A stretch of DNA of 64,000 nucleotides from Marinibactrum halimedae (GCF_021234875.1 NZ_JAJQVM010000003.1:83541-147540), one strand, 5' to 3'. Shown: positions 50,456 through 60,967, counted from the stretch's first letter. Notes: generated by a model not told the origin, from the sequence alone. Program-made: numbers and translations.

Positions 50456-50891
50456 TTTTGTGTGTGTGTAATGGGTAACCCCGATGTCGGTAAAATCCAT
50501 AGCGCTGTCGGCTGTGAGTCAGTGAACTTTCGGCTTGAGTCACAATCTCGATAACCCGTTGAAAACGGCTGAAGTACTTTTCCATATCGGCATCCGCCAC
50601 GTTGATTAAGACGTCATGATGTTGATGGCTTGGTTCTTCATTGGCGATGGTGATGGGGGCTGGGGGAGTTTGATGGTTAATTTGGCTTTCAGCGACAGTA
50701 CTGTGTGGCAGAAAGCTCTCAGGGCGATCATGCCATAAATGATGGCTTAGCTTTTCATTGATCTCTGTGTTGGGGCTGATGATCGTAATGCGATGCCCGG
50801 CGATTAGGGCTTTTTCGCTGAGCCTGACCGCGAGACGCCAGCGCGCCTCGTCTGACTCGGTAGAGAGAATGTAAAAATCGATACGAGTCAC
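50439..50891 (-). CDS. holC: DNA polymerase III subunit chi
   Basis: MTRIDFYIL… chi N-terminus, 150 aa, in the canonical pepA-holC-valS context. Confidence 0.8.
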   Translation of the reverse strand: MTRIDFYILSTESDEARWRLAVRLSEKALIAGHRITIISPNTEINEKLSHHLWHDRPESFLPHSTVAESQINHQTPPAPITIANEEPSHQHHDVLINVADADMEKYFSRFQRVIEIVTQAESSLTHSRQRYGFYRHRGYPLHTHKINMGS

Positions 50892-50900
50892 TGTATGTGA

Positions 50901-52388
50901 TTACTCCGCGTTACTGAGTAAATACTCACACAGTAGTGGAACTGGACGTCCGGTGGCACCTTTTTTCGCACCGCTGTGCCAAGCGGTGCCTGCAACATCT
51001 AAGTGTGCCCACGTCATGGATTGAGTAAATCGTGCGAGGAAGCAAGCGGCGGTCACGCTGCCACCAAAGGGGCCACCGATATTGGCCATGTCAGCAAAGT
51101 TGCTGTCGAGCTGGGCTTGGAATTCTTCACCCATTGGCATTCTCCAAGCCTTATCGCCACATTGCTGGCTCAGTTCAAATAGCGTATTGCCTAAGTCGTC
51201 ATCATTACTGTAGAGGCCAGACAGGTGTTTGCCTAATGCCACCATACAAGCACCGGTTAAGGTGGCCACATCAATCACGCTGGCTGGTTTGAATTTCTCG
51301 GCGTAAGAAAGTGCATCGCACAAGACCAAGCGCCCCTCTGCGTCGGTATTGAGAATTTCAATGGTTTGGCCAGACATGGACGTTACTACATCGCCGGGCT
51401 TGGTCGCACGTCCGCTCGGCATGTTTTCCGATGCGGCAATAATCGCCACCACATTGATGGCGGGCTCTAATTCGACAATGGCGGACATCGCACCAAAAAC
51501 ACTGGCGGCACCACACATGTCGAATTTCATTTCATCCATATTGGCGCCTGGCTTTAAGCTGATGCCTCCGGTATCGAAGGTAATGCCTTTGCCCACTAAA
51601 GCGTGAGGGGGTTTGGATTTAGCCGCGCCCTTGTATTCCATCACGATCAAATGCGCTTCCTGTTCGCTGCCTGCAGAGACAGAAAGCAGTGCCCCCATCC
51701 CTAATGTGCGCATTTCTTTTTCTTTTAGAATCGTGACCGAAAGCTTGGGGTTGCCTCGAGCCATGGAGCGCGCCTGTTTTGCAAGGTAGGCGGGTGTACA
51801 AATATTACCGGGTAAATTCCCTAACTCACGAGTGACGTTCATTCCATTGCCGATAGATTGACCACGCTCTAAGAAAGGCTGCACTTTTTTTGCCACTGCG
51901 GCGGTAGGCACGTTGAATAAGAGGGACTTGAGGGCCGGTTTATCCGCTTTCTTGGATTTGGTGGTGTCGTAACGATAACTGGCAGCGGCTATGGCTTGTG
52001 CAAGGTGTTGAGCACACCAGTGTTGATCGCGATGGTTAATGATGAGGTCGTCTAAATACAGTGCAACGGATTTAATGGTGGGGGTATTGATATTATTGGC
52101 GATGGTTGAAAACAGTTTTTTCGCATCCTCTGGTGATAAACCTTCAGTTTTTCCTGCACCGACAATAATGATTTTAGGGGTTGCGATTCCGTTGAGTGAA
52201 AACAGTGTTGTGGTTTTGCCCACTTTGCCGACGATATCTCCGGATTTTAGTAAGGCACTGAGTGCGCCATCACTCAATTCATCCACCAGTTGTGCAGAAG
52301 GGGAGAGGGTTTTGTCTTCAAAGACAGTGATAACAGTACAATCGGCTTTTTGTTTTGCGAGGTTGAGTGCTTTGGCTTGAAATTTCAT
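50901..52388 (-). CDS. pepA: leucyl aminopeptidase (M17)
   Basis: M17 catalytic motifs (NTDAEGRL, …GKGITFDTGG…). ATG at 52388 is preferred over the TTG at 52400. Confidence 0.9.
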   Translation of the reverse strand: MKFQAKALNLAKQKADCTVITVFEDKTLSPSAQLVDELSDGALSALLKSGDIVGKVGKTTTLFSLNGIATPKIIIVGAGKTEGLSPEDAKKLFSTIANNINTPTIKSVALYLDDLIINHRDQHWCAQHLAQAIAAASYRYDTTKSKKADKPALKSLLFNVPTAAVAKKVQPFLERGQSIGNGMNVTRELGNLPGNICTPAYLAKQARSMARGNPKLSVTILKEKEMRTLGMGALLSVSAGSEQEAHLIVMEYKGAAKSKPPHALVGKGITFDTGGISLKPGANMDEMKFDMCGAASVFGAMSAIVELEPAINVVAIIAASENMPSGRATKPGDVVTSMSGQTIEILNTDAEGRLVLCDALSYAEKFKPASVIDVATLTGACMVALGKHLSGLYSNDDDLGNTLFELSQQCGDKAWRMPMGEEFQAQLDSNFADMANIGGPFGGSVTAACFLARFTQSMTWAHLDVAGTAWHSGAKKGATGRPVPLLCEYLLSNAE

Positions 52389-52678
52389 AGACGATTCCAA
52401 TCAAATTGGGAGTATAGGTTTTTGTTCGCTCAATATGCAGATAAGGCAAGCGAAGACAATAACCGTAAATTACGGAATAATAACGACACAATTTCGTCAT
52501 AGTGTACGACATGCCTAGGCGGGGTCAAACGTCCGAAGACAACAACAACTGAGTTGGGTGTTAAACAAACAGTTTTTGGAAAACTCCCCTAAGAGTTGTT
52601 GAAAAAATGTGTCATGTTCGCTTATTGGTGGGAGTGTATACGATGAAAATTAAGCTCATTAAGGATTAAACAACCGTT

Positions 52679-53899
52679 GTGATTTTATTTCGTTATCTTT
52701 TTCGAGAAGTTATCTACAGCATGCTGGCCGTTGCGTTGGTGTTGGTCGTGATCATCATGAGTGGGCGGTTTGTGAAATACCTTGCTGAAGCGGCATCAGG
52801 TCGAATTTCAGCAGATGTGTTGCTTTCTGTTATGGCTTTCCGAATTCCGTCTTTTCTTGAGCTCATTGTGCCTTTGGCTTTTTTTATTGCGATTTTATTG
52901 GCTTATGGTCGTATGTACATGGACAGTGAAATGACCGTGTTAAGAGCGTGTGGTTTCAGCCAAAAACGTTTATTGGGTTACACCCTGATGCCGGCGCTGT
53001 TGGTGGCAACGTTAGTGGCAACATTGAGTTTGTGGGTGAGCCCAATGGGGGTGGATCGATCCAATACTATTTTGGAAGAGCAACGTAAGCGCAGTGAATT
53101 CGAAACATTGAGCGAAGCACAATTTCAACCGCTCAAGCGTGGTAAAAATATCATCTATGCCCAATCGTTTAATGAAGATCGGACGGTGATGAACTCGGTT
53201 TTTTTAGCGGAAATGCAAGAAAACAGCGACCAAAAAACAGAAGAGAAAAATAATACAGGGGCCGAAAAACAGTTGATGGTGGTGCGAGCACAGCATGCAG
53301 AGCAGCGTATTGTCGAAGAGTATGGCCGCAAATATTTTCAAGTGACCGACGGTGTGCGTTACAGCGGTAGGCCAGGCCAACAAAATTATACGGTCACCGA
53401 ATTTGGTCAGTATTGGCAAGTCGTGGAAGAACCAAGAGTGTCCATCAAAGATAAGGTGGATCGAATGTCGACCAAAGCGTTATTGGCATCAGACGATATT
53501 AAAGCGCAAGCAGCTCTCCAATGGCGTTTAACCTTACCTGCTTTGGTGATGGTGGTGGCGATTCTGGCGGTGCCTTTGAGTTCCACTAATCCTCGTCAGG
53601 GCCGTTATGCCAAGATGATTCCTGCCATTGTTCTGTATTTGGTGTATCTCGTTAGCCTTAACGGTGGGAGAGGGTCGATCGAAGATGGCAAGTTACCGAT
53701 TTACGGATTGTGGTTGATTCATGGTGTGTTTCTTTCGATTGGTCTCTTCATGATGGGAGCGGGCAGTTTGCGTCAGCGCTTAGTGGCGAAAGGTCGACAA
53801 GTTAGTAAAGGGCGTCGTGCTAATCCTGACGGTCCTACTTCTGATGGCCTTACTCACCTTGATAGCCCTGCGAACGAGAAAGGAGAGGCCAATGCGTAA
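52679..53899 (+). CDS. lptF: LPS export ABC permease
   Basis: MILFRYLFREVIYSMLAV… is an LptF/YjgP family N-terminus. Divergent from pepA, as in other gammaproteobacteria. Confidence 0.85.
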   Translation: MILFRYLFREVIYSMLAVALVLVVIIMSGRFVKYLAEAASGRISADVLLSVMAFRIPSFLELIVPLAFFIAILLAYGRMYMDSEMTVLRACGFSQKRLLGYTLMPALLVATLVATLSLWVSPMGVDRSNTILEEQRKRSEFETLSEAQFQPLKRGKNIIYAQSFNEDRTVMNSVFLAEMQENSDQKTEEKNNTGAEKQLMVVRAQHAEQRIVEEYGRKYFQVTDGVRYSGRPGQQNYTVTEFGQYWQVVEEPRVSIKDKVDRMSTKALLASDDIKAQAALQWRLTLPALVMVVAILAVPLSSTNPRQGRYAKMIPAIVLYLVYLVSLNGGRGSIEDGKLPIYGLWLIHGVFLSIGLFMMGAGSLRQRLVAKGRQVSKGRRANPDGPTSDGLTHLDSPANEKGEANA

Positions 53900-54953
53900 A
53901 CTTAGCCGGTATGTTGCAAAATCGGTCAGTGGTGCCATCGCAGTGGTGATGTTGGTGATCGTTGGGCTCGATGTGATCGCGGCATTGGTGGATGAATTAA
54001 CTCAAATGTCCGATGACTACGGTTTTTTGCAAATCCTTTTCTATGTAGGGTTGACGCTCCCCAGCCGGATTTACGAATTTATCCCTTTTTCAGCGTTAAT
54101 TGGGTGCCTAATCGGTTTAGGGCTACTGGCGGCGTCCAGTGAACTTGTCGTGATGCGCGCAGCCGGTGTTTCTGTTCGTCGTATTACTTGGCTAGTACTG
54201 AAGCCGGTTTTGGCCTTTATTGGGTTGGGTATTGTCTTGGGGGAATTTGTCACTCCAATAACGGACCAAGTTGCGGAAAGTTCTCGGTCTGTGGCCTTGG
54301 GGAAACATCGTGTATTGGAGGCAAATCGCGGTTTATGGAATCGTGAGGGCAATGAGTTTATGCACTTTAATGCGGTGCAGCCCAATGGAAAATTATTTGG
54401 TGTGACACGTTACCAGTATGACGATCAACAACGGCTTTTAGTGGCCAGTTCTGCAGTGTCCGCAATTTATCAGGGGGATCACTGGATCGAAGAGAACGTT
54501 GTGGAAACCCTTTTCAAAGAAGACAAAACCGAGACTGCAACATGGCCGAACCGCCGATGGGATAACGATCTCACACCTCAGGTGCTCAATGTATTGGTTT
54601 TGCCTCCAGAGTCTTTGTCTATTTCCAACTTATATCAGTATGCCACTTATCGAGAGCAGCAGGGGTTGGATAGTGAATCCCACTGGCTTGTATTTTGGAA
54701 AAAAATTATGCAACCGTTGGCCACTGCCAGTTTGGTCTTGGTGGCGATTTCGTTCATCTTCGGGCCATTGCGCCAAGTCACCATGGGCTTTCGAATTTTT
54801 TCGGGGGTAATGGTAGGGGTTATTTTTCGAACGACCCAAGACATGCTTGGCCCGGCAAGTTTGGTATATGGCTTTGAACCCCTTATTGCAGTATTGGCGC
54901 CGATTGTGATCTGCGCAATGATCGGGTTATACCTTTTACAGAAAAGCCGTTAG
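53892..54953 (+). CDS. lptG: LPS export ABC permease
   Basis: MRKLSRYVAKSV… 8-nt overlap with the lptF stop. Confidence 0.85.
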   Translation: MRKLSRYVAKSVSGAIAVVMLVIVGLDVIAALVDELTQMSDDYGFLQILFYVGLTLPSRIYEFIPFSALIGCLIGLGLLAASSELVVMRAAGVSVRRITWLVLKPVLAFIGLGIVLGEFVTPITDQVAESSRSVALGKHRVLEANRGLWNREGNEFMHFNAVQPNGKLFGVTRYQYDDQQRLLVASSAVSAIYQGDHWIEENVVETLFKEDKTETATWPNRRWDNDLTPQVLNVLVLPPESLSISNLYQYATYREQQGLDSESHWLVFWKKIMQPLATASLVLVAISFIFGPLRQVTMGFRIFSGVMVGVIFRTTQDMLGPASLVYGFEPLIAVLAPIVICAMIGLYLLQKSR

Positions 54954-54999
54954 CCCTTCATATAGTTAGCCCTTTATATAAAACTGGTTAACCCTTCGG

Positions 55000-55617
55000 C
55001 TATTTTTTCGATTTAGGTAACACCATTGATTTAGGTAATACAATCACTTGTGTGCGGCTGGCAATATCATGCAATGAACGGCCAGAAGGGTTCGTTAAAC
55101 TCCACCAATAACCAATACCCAGTAGGCATAACGAAAAGGGTGCGATTAGGCAGCGGGCTAAGCACTGGACGACAGAGGGTGCTTTTAGAGGGGCTGTTTG
55201 AGTTGTTGATTGAGAAACATGGTTAATTAACTGTAATCGCCAAGCCCTCATGCCTAGGGTTTGCCCCCCTCTTATCCAAAAAAAAGAATAAAACGCGCTA
55301 ACAACCACAACCCACCCAATAAAACCGGGCAAGCCTAGATCAGCCTTTTCCCCTGGTTGCAGTTCGTAGTGAAAAACCTGTGTTTTAACCCACAGTGCAA
55401 AAGCACCATAGCCAATACTCACCGCCCCTAATACCAACCAATCGTAAACCAGCGCGGCTAGTCGTCTCCATAGCTCAGCCGGTTTTAGTACCGTGTTATG
55501 AATGTAGTTATGAATGTTGTTATGTATGTCCTTGATATGTATGTCGTTGTTATGAGGGTTATTGCTGTTTTGACTGGTCTTGTCAGTGGTGGTGTGTGAA
55601 GAGTGCTTGCGTGCCAT
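55000..55617 (-). CDS. RDD family membrane protein with an N/H/I-rich N-terminal extension
   Basis: RDD motif region (…WRRLAALVYDWLVLGAVS…). Confidence 0.7.
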   Translation of the reverse strand: MARKHSSHTTTDKTSQNSNNPHNNDIHIKDIHNNIHNYIHNTVLKPAELWRRLAALVYDWLVLGAVSIGYGAFALWVKTQVFHYELQPGEKADLGLPGFIGWVVVVSAFYSFFWIRGGQTLGMRAWRLQLINHVSQSTTQTAPLKAPSVVQCLARCLIAPFSLCLLGIGYWWSLTNPSGRSLHDIASRTQVIVLPKSMVLPKSKK

Positions 55618-55718
55618 GGCCCCGCCTTTCAGTCCCGTAACAATTGGGGCGCAATGGTAACGTAGATTCTACAAGAAGCGGTATTTTCTTATGAAAGATC
55701 GTTGATACGCGGAGCAAA

Positions 55719-56264
55719 CTAAAATTCGTACGAGACGGACAGTTTCAAAGAATCGTCACTGAGCCGCATACGGTAATCCACTTGGTGAATGTCTTGCTGA
55801 TTGTGCGAATTGGCGAGGTCCGATGTGTTGGATTGGCTTTTACGGCGATTCTTCCAGTAGGTATACAGTGAGTCTTGTAGGAAGCGAGAGAGCACTTTGC
55901 TGCCTTTTTTCAACTTAATGTCGTAGTGGGCTTGGTAAAGCCATTGGTGATTCATCAAACGTTGCATGGTATTGATGCTGCCGTCAGAGAAATTGGCGAC
56001 CGCCATTTCTAAATCTTCGTTGTCCATCGCATAAGTGCTGAAGTGACGCTCGTTTGAATCGTTGTATTGAGTTTCTTTGTGAAAAAAGGCATTGGGGTGC
56101 AAATAATCAGGGATGTAACTGAATTCAAGGTTGTCATTGTCGGCAGAGCAAGGATGGCAGAGAAGCCCAATAATGAGGACGGCTGTTCCCACAACGGGTA
56201 CGATTGCTCGGTATGTCTTTATAATGCTGGTAGTGCGGGTATACGTTGGCATTTGAGACCTCAT
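55719..56264 (-). CDS. hypothetical secreted protein
   Basis: Signal peptide, 181 aa, ends …SVSYEF. No family recognised. Confidence 0.45.
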   Translation of the reverse strand: MRSQMPTYTRTTSIIKTYRAIVPVVGTAVLIIGLLCHPCSADNDNLEFSYIPDYLHPNAFFHKETQYNDSNERHFSTYAMDNEDLEMAVANFSDGSINTMQRLMNHQWLYQAHYDIKLKKGSKVLSRFLQDSLYTYWKNRRKSQSNTSDLANSHNQQDIHQVDYRMRLSDDSLKLSVSYEF

Positions 56265-57066
56265 TATCCTTAGTTGGAGACGCCTTGAATAACGTCACTT
56301 GCTCATGAATGAGACAAGCTGGAGTTTTCCTACATAACGAAAAATGTTTTGGCCAGTTACGGAAATTGCCGCCATTTAGAACTTTCAACACCTAGAAGTT
56401 TCAGCACCTGTATGCAGCGCTTGATGAAGTGGCGCGAATTTTTTCTATATGGCTTTGTTATCCGTAATTGGTGTCATAGCCCATGTAGTGATGTTGCGTG
56501 AGTAATCCGTATTTGTGAAGCCCAGTTTTAGATCAATTTCATCTGTGAAATTAAATCATATGACTATTTGGTCGCGTTTTGATAGTTTCAGCTTCAAGAA
56601 GCATTAAAAGGTGACATTATTGAGGAAAAATGGCAGAAGGCTTCACGTGGTTGGCTAAAAAAGCACGATATTGCCACTCATTTTTCATAGTTTTTCTTGG
56701 GATAATCAACGCTCAAATAGTGCTATTTGATAATAGCCAATACCAAACGGTTATAACGCTCTTGAGTTGTAGGCTCACTTGGGATTCTGATCGACGATTG
56801 ACCATATTTATACTAAAACTTTGTAACAATGTTTGAATTTAGAATGAGACTCGATGCCGCTTACATGCTTTTCATTGGCGCTAGTGGACGCATGTTGACC
56901 GATTTGGTTGTGTCCGGCGTTCTTTTTACGCTAAGGTGTCGCGTTCATTGAGAGTTGTATTTACAACTATCGCATTTCCCGGGTTCTTATTTTTCAGAAC
57001 GAAGAACTAGGGCTGTCTTAAATCACTTTTCTTGTTGCTTACTTGCTCGAACGGTTCAATCATATT

Positions 57067-58113
57067 ATGGATACATTTCGCTACACCCAGCACTTTCTTG
57101 TTCTCTGGCTTACCCTGTTCTCTTTTTCTGTATTTGCTCAGAGTGAACTGACGCGCTTACGATCCGATTTATCGTCAGTGGATAGCGCCATAGAAGCCTC
57201 TGAAAGTAAGTTACAGCAACATAACAATTCTGTTTCACGGATGACCACAGAAGAAGATCAAATTGTCACCGAATATGAAACGGTGTCAGCAGACCTTCAA
57301 CGAGTGTTAAAAGAAGCGGAAGATCCCAATAATGAAAAAGCCCATCGTGAGGCCATGATTATATCGGTGCGTTTTAATCGTATTGATGGAAAGTATGAGC
57401 GCTTTTTCGAGCGTAAACAGAAAGTACTCGAAAAAATCGATACTCTAGAGTTGGATATTGCTAAGTTGCAGGGACGAAAATCTGAGTTGCTGGCCCGTAT
57501 TGCGGCGGCGAAACAACGTGCTGAAGTCGCCTCATCTCAACAAGCGAATGTACCGGCTGCTAATGAGGCAGAATCACCGTCTCCATCCAGTGGGGCTCCA
57601 AGCTCTGCAACAGTATCATCACAAGACGCTAAAGCCACTACTGCCACTACTGCTTCCGCAAGCCAACCGCTGGAAGGTACAGAGCAAGCTAACACGACTT
57701 CAGCAAAGAAAACCTCGGAAGTGACAAAAAATACCAACGACACTGTGGTTGCAGCGGTTGATTCCACGGAGGCAGATTGGCCAACGGTAGGTGAAAAACA
57801 AGCATCAGCGGTTCAATTTGCTCAACGTGAACTGGCACGTTTAACAGGCAAAGAACCGGGTAAATCGCGGCTTGGAAGAGTGAAAGTACGTTCCAGCAGA
57901 CTAGGTAAACATGCTTTGACTTACTTGGGGGATAATATTTATACGGGAGTTTTTGAGTTAGCCAATGGGGAATACACTTTCTCTGTTTTCTCAAAGAAGT
58001 TTACTTTCAGTCTCCCCGAAGAGGCTGAGCAAGGTCAGTATCGTCTTATCTATGATGTGGATTCAATTTCGAATCCAAAGGTATATTTATTTCCGGTAAG
58101 CTGGGTTAAATAG
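57067..58113 (+). CDS. hypothetical secreted coiled-coil protein with an A/S/T-rich linker
   Basis: Signal peptide (FLVLWLTLFSFSVFAQ), heptad-like region, then a low-complexity segment (…SSATVSSQDAKATTATTASAS…). Confidence 0.5.
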   Translation: MDTFRYTQHFLVLWLTLFSFSVFAQSELTRLRSDLSSVDSAIEASESKLQQHNNSVSRMTTEEDQIVTEYETVSADLQRVLKEAEDPNNEKAHREAMIISVRFNRIDGKYERFFERKQKVLEKIDTLELDIAKLQGRKSELLARIAAAKQRAEVASSQQANVPAANEAESPSPSSGAPSSATVSSQDAKATTATTASASQPLEGTEQANTTSAKKTSEVTKNTNDTVVAAVDSTEADWPTVGEKQASAVQFAQRELARLTGKEPGKSRLGRVKVRSSRLGKHALTYLGDNIYTGVFELANGEYTFSVFSKKFTFSLPEEAEQGQYRLIYDVDSISNPKVYLFPVSWVK

Positions 58114-58173
58114 TCGGGATTACTGCATAGTACTGGTGTCGTTATAAGTCACCAGCACTGTGCAAAGCAGGCG

Positions 58174-58497
58174 CTACCCACCTGCGATTTTGACGGAGAA
58201 GTGCATTTTTTCCAATTCAACTTTTAATTTTTCACGTTGGTCGGTCTGTATTTCTATGACATCGTCTTTCACAGACCCACCTACGCCGCAAGCTTGTTTT
58301 AGTTTTTTCGCAATGGCTTTTAAGTCTTGTCCTTCAATCCCTGTAATCAGGCTGACTCCTTTTCCTTTTCTTCCTTTCGTTTCGCGATGAATACGCACAA
58401 TGCCGTCTCCGCTGGAAGTGGTTGTTTTAGGGGGGCTGTCATTGGGTTTAATACGCCCAGTTTCAGTGGAGTAGACCAAGCGGGATTCTCGAGTCAT
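58174..58497 (-). CDS. yciH: SUI1/eIF1-family translation initiation factor (YciH)
   Basis: 107 aa: …RIHRETKGRKGKGVSLITGIEGQDLKAIAKKLKQACGVGGSVKDDVIEIQ…. Confidence 0.8.
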   Translation of the reverse strand: MTRESRLVYSTETGRIKPNDSPPKTTTSSGDGIVRIHRETKGRKGKGVSLITGIEGQDLKAIAKKLKQACGVGGSVKDDVIEIQTDQREKLKVELEKMHFSVKIAGG

Positions 58498-58723
58498 AGG
58501 AATACCTGTATTGCAGTACTTAAATGAATATCATGTAAACGTACTATAGGTATAAGTGCCCTATGTATAAATACCTTATGTATAAATAGTTTACATATGA
58601 ACATACTTGAAAGCATACACATGCTTGAGGAAAGAAAGAATAACAAAAAACTTTACTAAGAGAGTGAGCTATACAGGCTTAAATGCACGGGTTGAACTTT
58701 TCTGAATGAGAGTCTCCATAGAG

Positions 58724-58798
58724 ATTGTTATTCGATACATTGTCATTTGGTAGATTGTCATTCGATACATTGTCATTCGATACATTGTCATTCGATAC
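58724..58798. repeat. 15-bp tandem repeat x5 (ATTGTCATTCGATAC) upstream of the K+ channel gene
   Basis: Five copies, the first two slightly degenerate, ending about 75 bp before the channel start codon. Confidence 0.8.
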
Positions 58799-58871
58799 TA
58801 CAGGGCCTGGAAGAAGAGTGTTTCAGCCATATTTTTAGTGTTACAGGTTTAGATTTTTAAGGGGGCTACTT

Positions 58872-59690
58872 GTGTCACAAGGTTTGCGTGAGCGATTGTT
58901 CACCATTATTTTTGGCACCGATACATCATCAGGTAAGCGATTTGACCTTGTTCTTATTGCTGTTATTTTAGCCAGTGTTTGTGCGGTGATAATGGACTCT
59001 GTTGAGCCTTTTGCAACCGACTATAAACGGTATTTATTGTGGGCAGAGTGGGCGTTTACAATTTTTTTTACACTGGAATACGGACTTCGTGTGTACTGCG
59101 CACCTAACCGGTGGCGATATGTGCGTAGTTTTTATGGTGTTGTGGATGTACTGGCGATTTTGCCCACCTATCTTGGGTTGTTTCTAGGTAACATTAATTA
59201 TTTATTGATCATTCGTTTATTGCGGGTATTGCGAATATTTCGTGTACTCAAATTAGTACAATATCTTCAAGAAGCGAATACGCTTATTCGTGCCATGGTG
59301 GCATCCCGCCGCAAAATCTTAGTGTTTTTTGCCACCGTATCCGTAATTGCCACCGTATTTGGTTCACTGATGTTTGTTGTTGAGGGGCCGGAAAATGGGT
59401 TCACCAGTATTCCGAAAAGTATTTATTGGACGATTGTGACCATTACGACTGTCGGCTATGGAGATATCACACCTCAGTCACCGGCGGGCCAAGTCATTGC
59501 CGCATTGGCGATGTTAACGGGGTATTCGATCATTGCCGTACCCACCGGGATTTTAACCGCTGAGTTGAGTCAAGAAATGCAACGTGAACGTCATTCACGC
59601 TCTTGTCCGAATTGTTCACGCTCGGATCATGATCGAGATGCGATTTATTGTAAGCATTGTGGCTGTGACTTAGATAAAAAGGTCGTCTAG
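58872..59690 (+). CDS. voltage-gated-type (6TM) potassium channel with a C-terminal zinc-ribbon
   Basis: S4-like Arg repeats (LLIIRLLRVLRIFRVLKL), selectivity filter TTVGYGD, and a C-terminal CPNCS…CKHCG motif. Confidence 0.8.
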   Translation: MSQGLRERLFTIIFGTDTSSGKRFDLVLIAVILASVCAVIMDSVEPFATDYKRYLLWAEWAFTIFFTLEYGLRVYCAPNRWRYVRSFYGVVDVLAILPTYLGLFLGNINYLLIIRLLRVLRIFRVLKLVQYLQEANTLIRAMVASRRKILVFFATVSVIATVFGSLMFVVEGPENGFTSIPKSIYWTIVTITTVGYGDITPQSPAGQVIAALAMLTGYSIIAVPTGILTAELSQEMQRERHSRSCPNCSRSDHDRDAIYCKHCGCDLDKKVV

Positions 59691-59724
59691 TGAAATTCGC
59701 TCGATGTTTCAGTTCGGTGGACGT

Positions 59725-60771
59725 TTAGAGAGAAGGTTCTAGTGTCTGTGCGTTTTTCTCTGGCGCTTTGTTTCTTTCAGAGGCTTTCTCGCGGCTGGCT
59801 TTCGGTGGATGGCGGTCAGGCAGCCATTCAATCAGTTCAATATGTCCGTTGCTGTGTTCTAAAAGCGCAGTACAGGACTCTACCCAGTCTCCTGTATTGT
59901 AATAGTCAACATTGTTGACATGTTTGATTGCGGCGTGATGAATATGGCCACAGACGATACCATCATAACCTTGTTTTGCCGCCATATGGGAGGCGGCTTT
60001 TTCATAGTCAATAATATAGGTTTGAGCACGCTTGATGTGACTTTTCAAAAAACCGGCAAACGACCAGTACCCATATCCGTACTTTGCACGCCACCGATTA
60101 AACTGTCGGTTTAAAAACATCAATAAATCGTAACCCCAGTCACCCACCCACTTTAAAAATCGGTGGGCTCGTGTAACGCCATCGAATTGATCTCCATGAA
60201 TAACCAATAAGCGTCGTTGGTCTGCGGTAATATGGGTGGTTCTGTTGAGCAAGTGGATATTGTCAAAACGATTATTGGCATATTTACGCAAGAATTCATC
60301 ATGATTTCCCGTCACGTAATACACCGGCGTTCCCCGCTTGGAAATCTTCAGCAGCCGGCGAATAATTCGAGTATAGGATTTACGCCAGTGAATCTTCTTA
60401 CTCATTCGCCAGCCATCAATAAAATCACCGACGATGTACAACATGTCACAACGGTGACTTTTCAAAAAATCGTTCAGAGCATCAGCTTTACAGTCTTTAG
60501 TGCCTAGATGCACATCTGAAATCCATATTGCGCGATATTTGAGTGGCTTGCCCCCATCGCCTTCCTGTTTTTTAGTTGAAGGGGTGGGGGTGGCATCTAC
60601 AGATTCGCTCATCAAACGCGGTTGGTTGTGTTCTGATGAATGGTCGTCAGGGTGCGTTGGAGTGCGTAAACACTTGGATGTTTTGGCAGAAGCGGCATGA
60701 TTGGCTGATGTATTCATATCGCAAAAGGATGCTGATCCTTGATGACATTTGCGTGACTTTTTTTTAACCAA
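59725..60771 (-). CDS. calcineurin-like metallophosphoesterase, LpxH-family-like, with a low-complexity N-terminal extension
   Basis: Metallophosphoesterase motifs (ISDVHLG, IVGDFIDGW, GNHDE, LVIHGDQFD, GHIHH) preceded by about 80 aa with no recognisable domain. Confidence 0.7.
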   Translation of the reverse strand: MVKKKSRKCHQGSASFCDMNTSANHAASAKTSKCLRTPTHPDDHSSEHNQPRLMSESVDATPTPSTKKQEGDGGKPLKYRAIWISDVHLGTKDCKADALNDFLKSHRCDMLYIVGDFIDGWRMSKKIHWRKSYTRIIRRLLKISKRGTPVYYVTGNHDEFLRKYANNRFDNIHLLNRTTHITADQRRLLVIHGDQFDGVTRAHRFLKWVGDWGYDLLMFLNRQFNRWRAKYGYGYWSFAGFLKSHIKRAQTYIIDYEKAASHMAAKQGYDGIVCGHIHHAAIKHVNNVDYYNTGDWVESCTALLEHSNGHIELIEWLPDRHPPKASREKASERNKAPEKNAQTLEPSL

Positions 60772-60906
60772 ATTATGAAAGTTATGAGGATTTTAGAGGC
60801 GCTTAAGGCCGCACATTGACAGGTATAGTCTTGTTTTTGAGTCTACTCCAGATTGTGTTCTAATCTTGCGGGTGGATTTTAAAAGAGCCATTAAAAAGCA
60901 GAGTAT

Positions 60907-60967
60907 TACTAAATAGTACTACTAAATAGTACTACTAAAGAGCACTACTAAAGAGTACCGCTAAAAG
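60907..60967. repeat. 13-bp tandem repeat x4.5 (TACTAAAKAGYAC) in a divergent promoter region
   Basis: Sits between the phosphoesterase start (60771, minus strand) and the slyX start (61047). Confidence 0.7.

Noticed and set aside
41906-60967. Possibility that the tandem arrays are CRISPR loci
   Set aside because: The units are 13-24 bp and directly abutting, with no unique spacers, and no cas genes are present, so these are simple tandem repeats.
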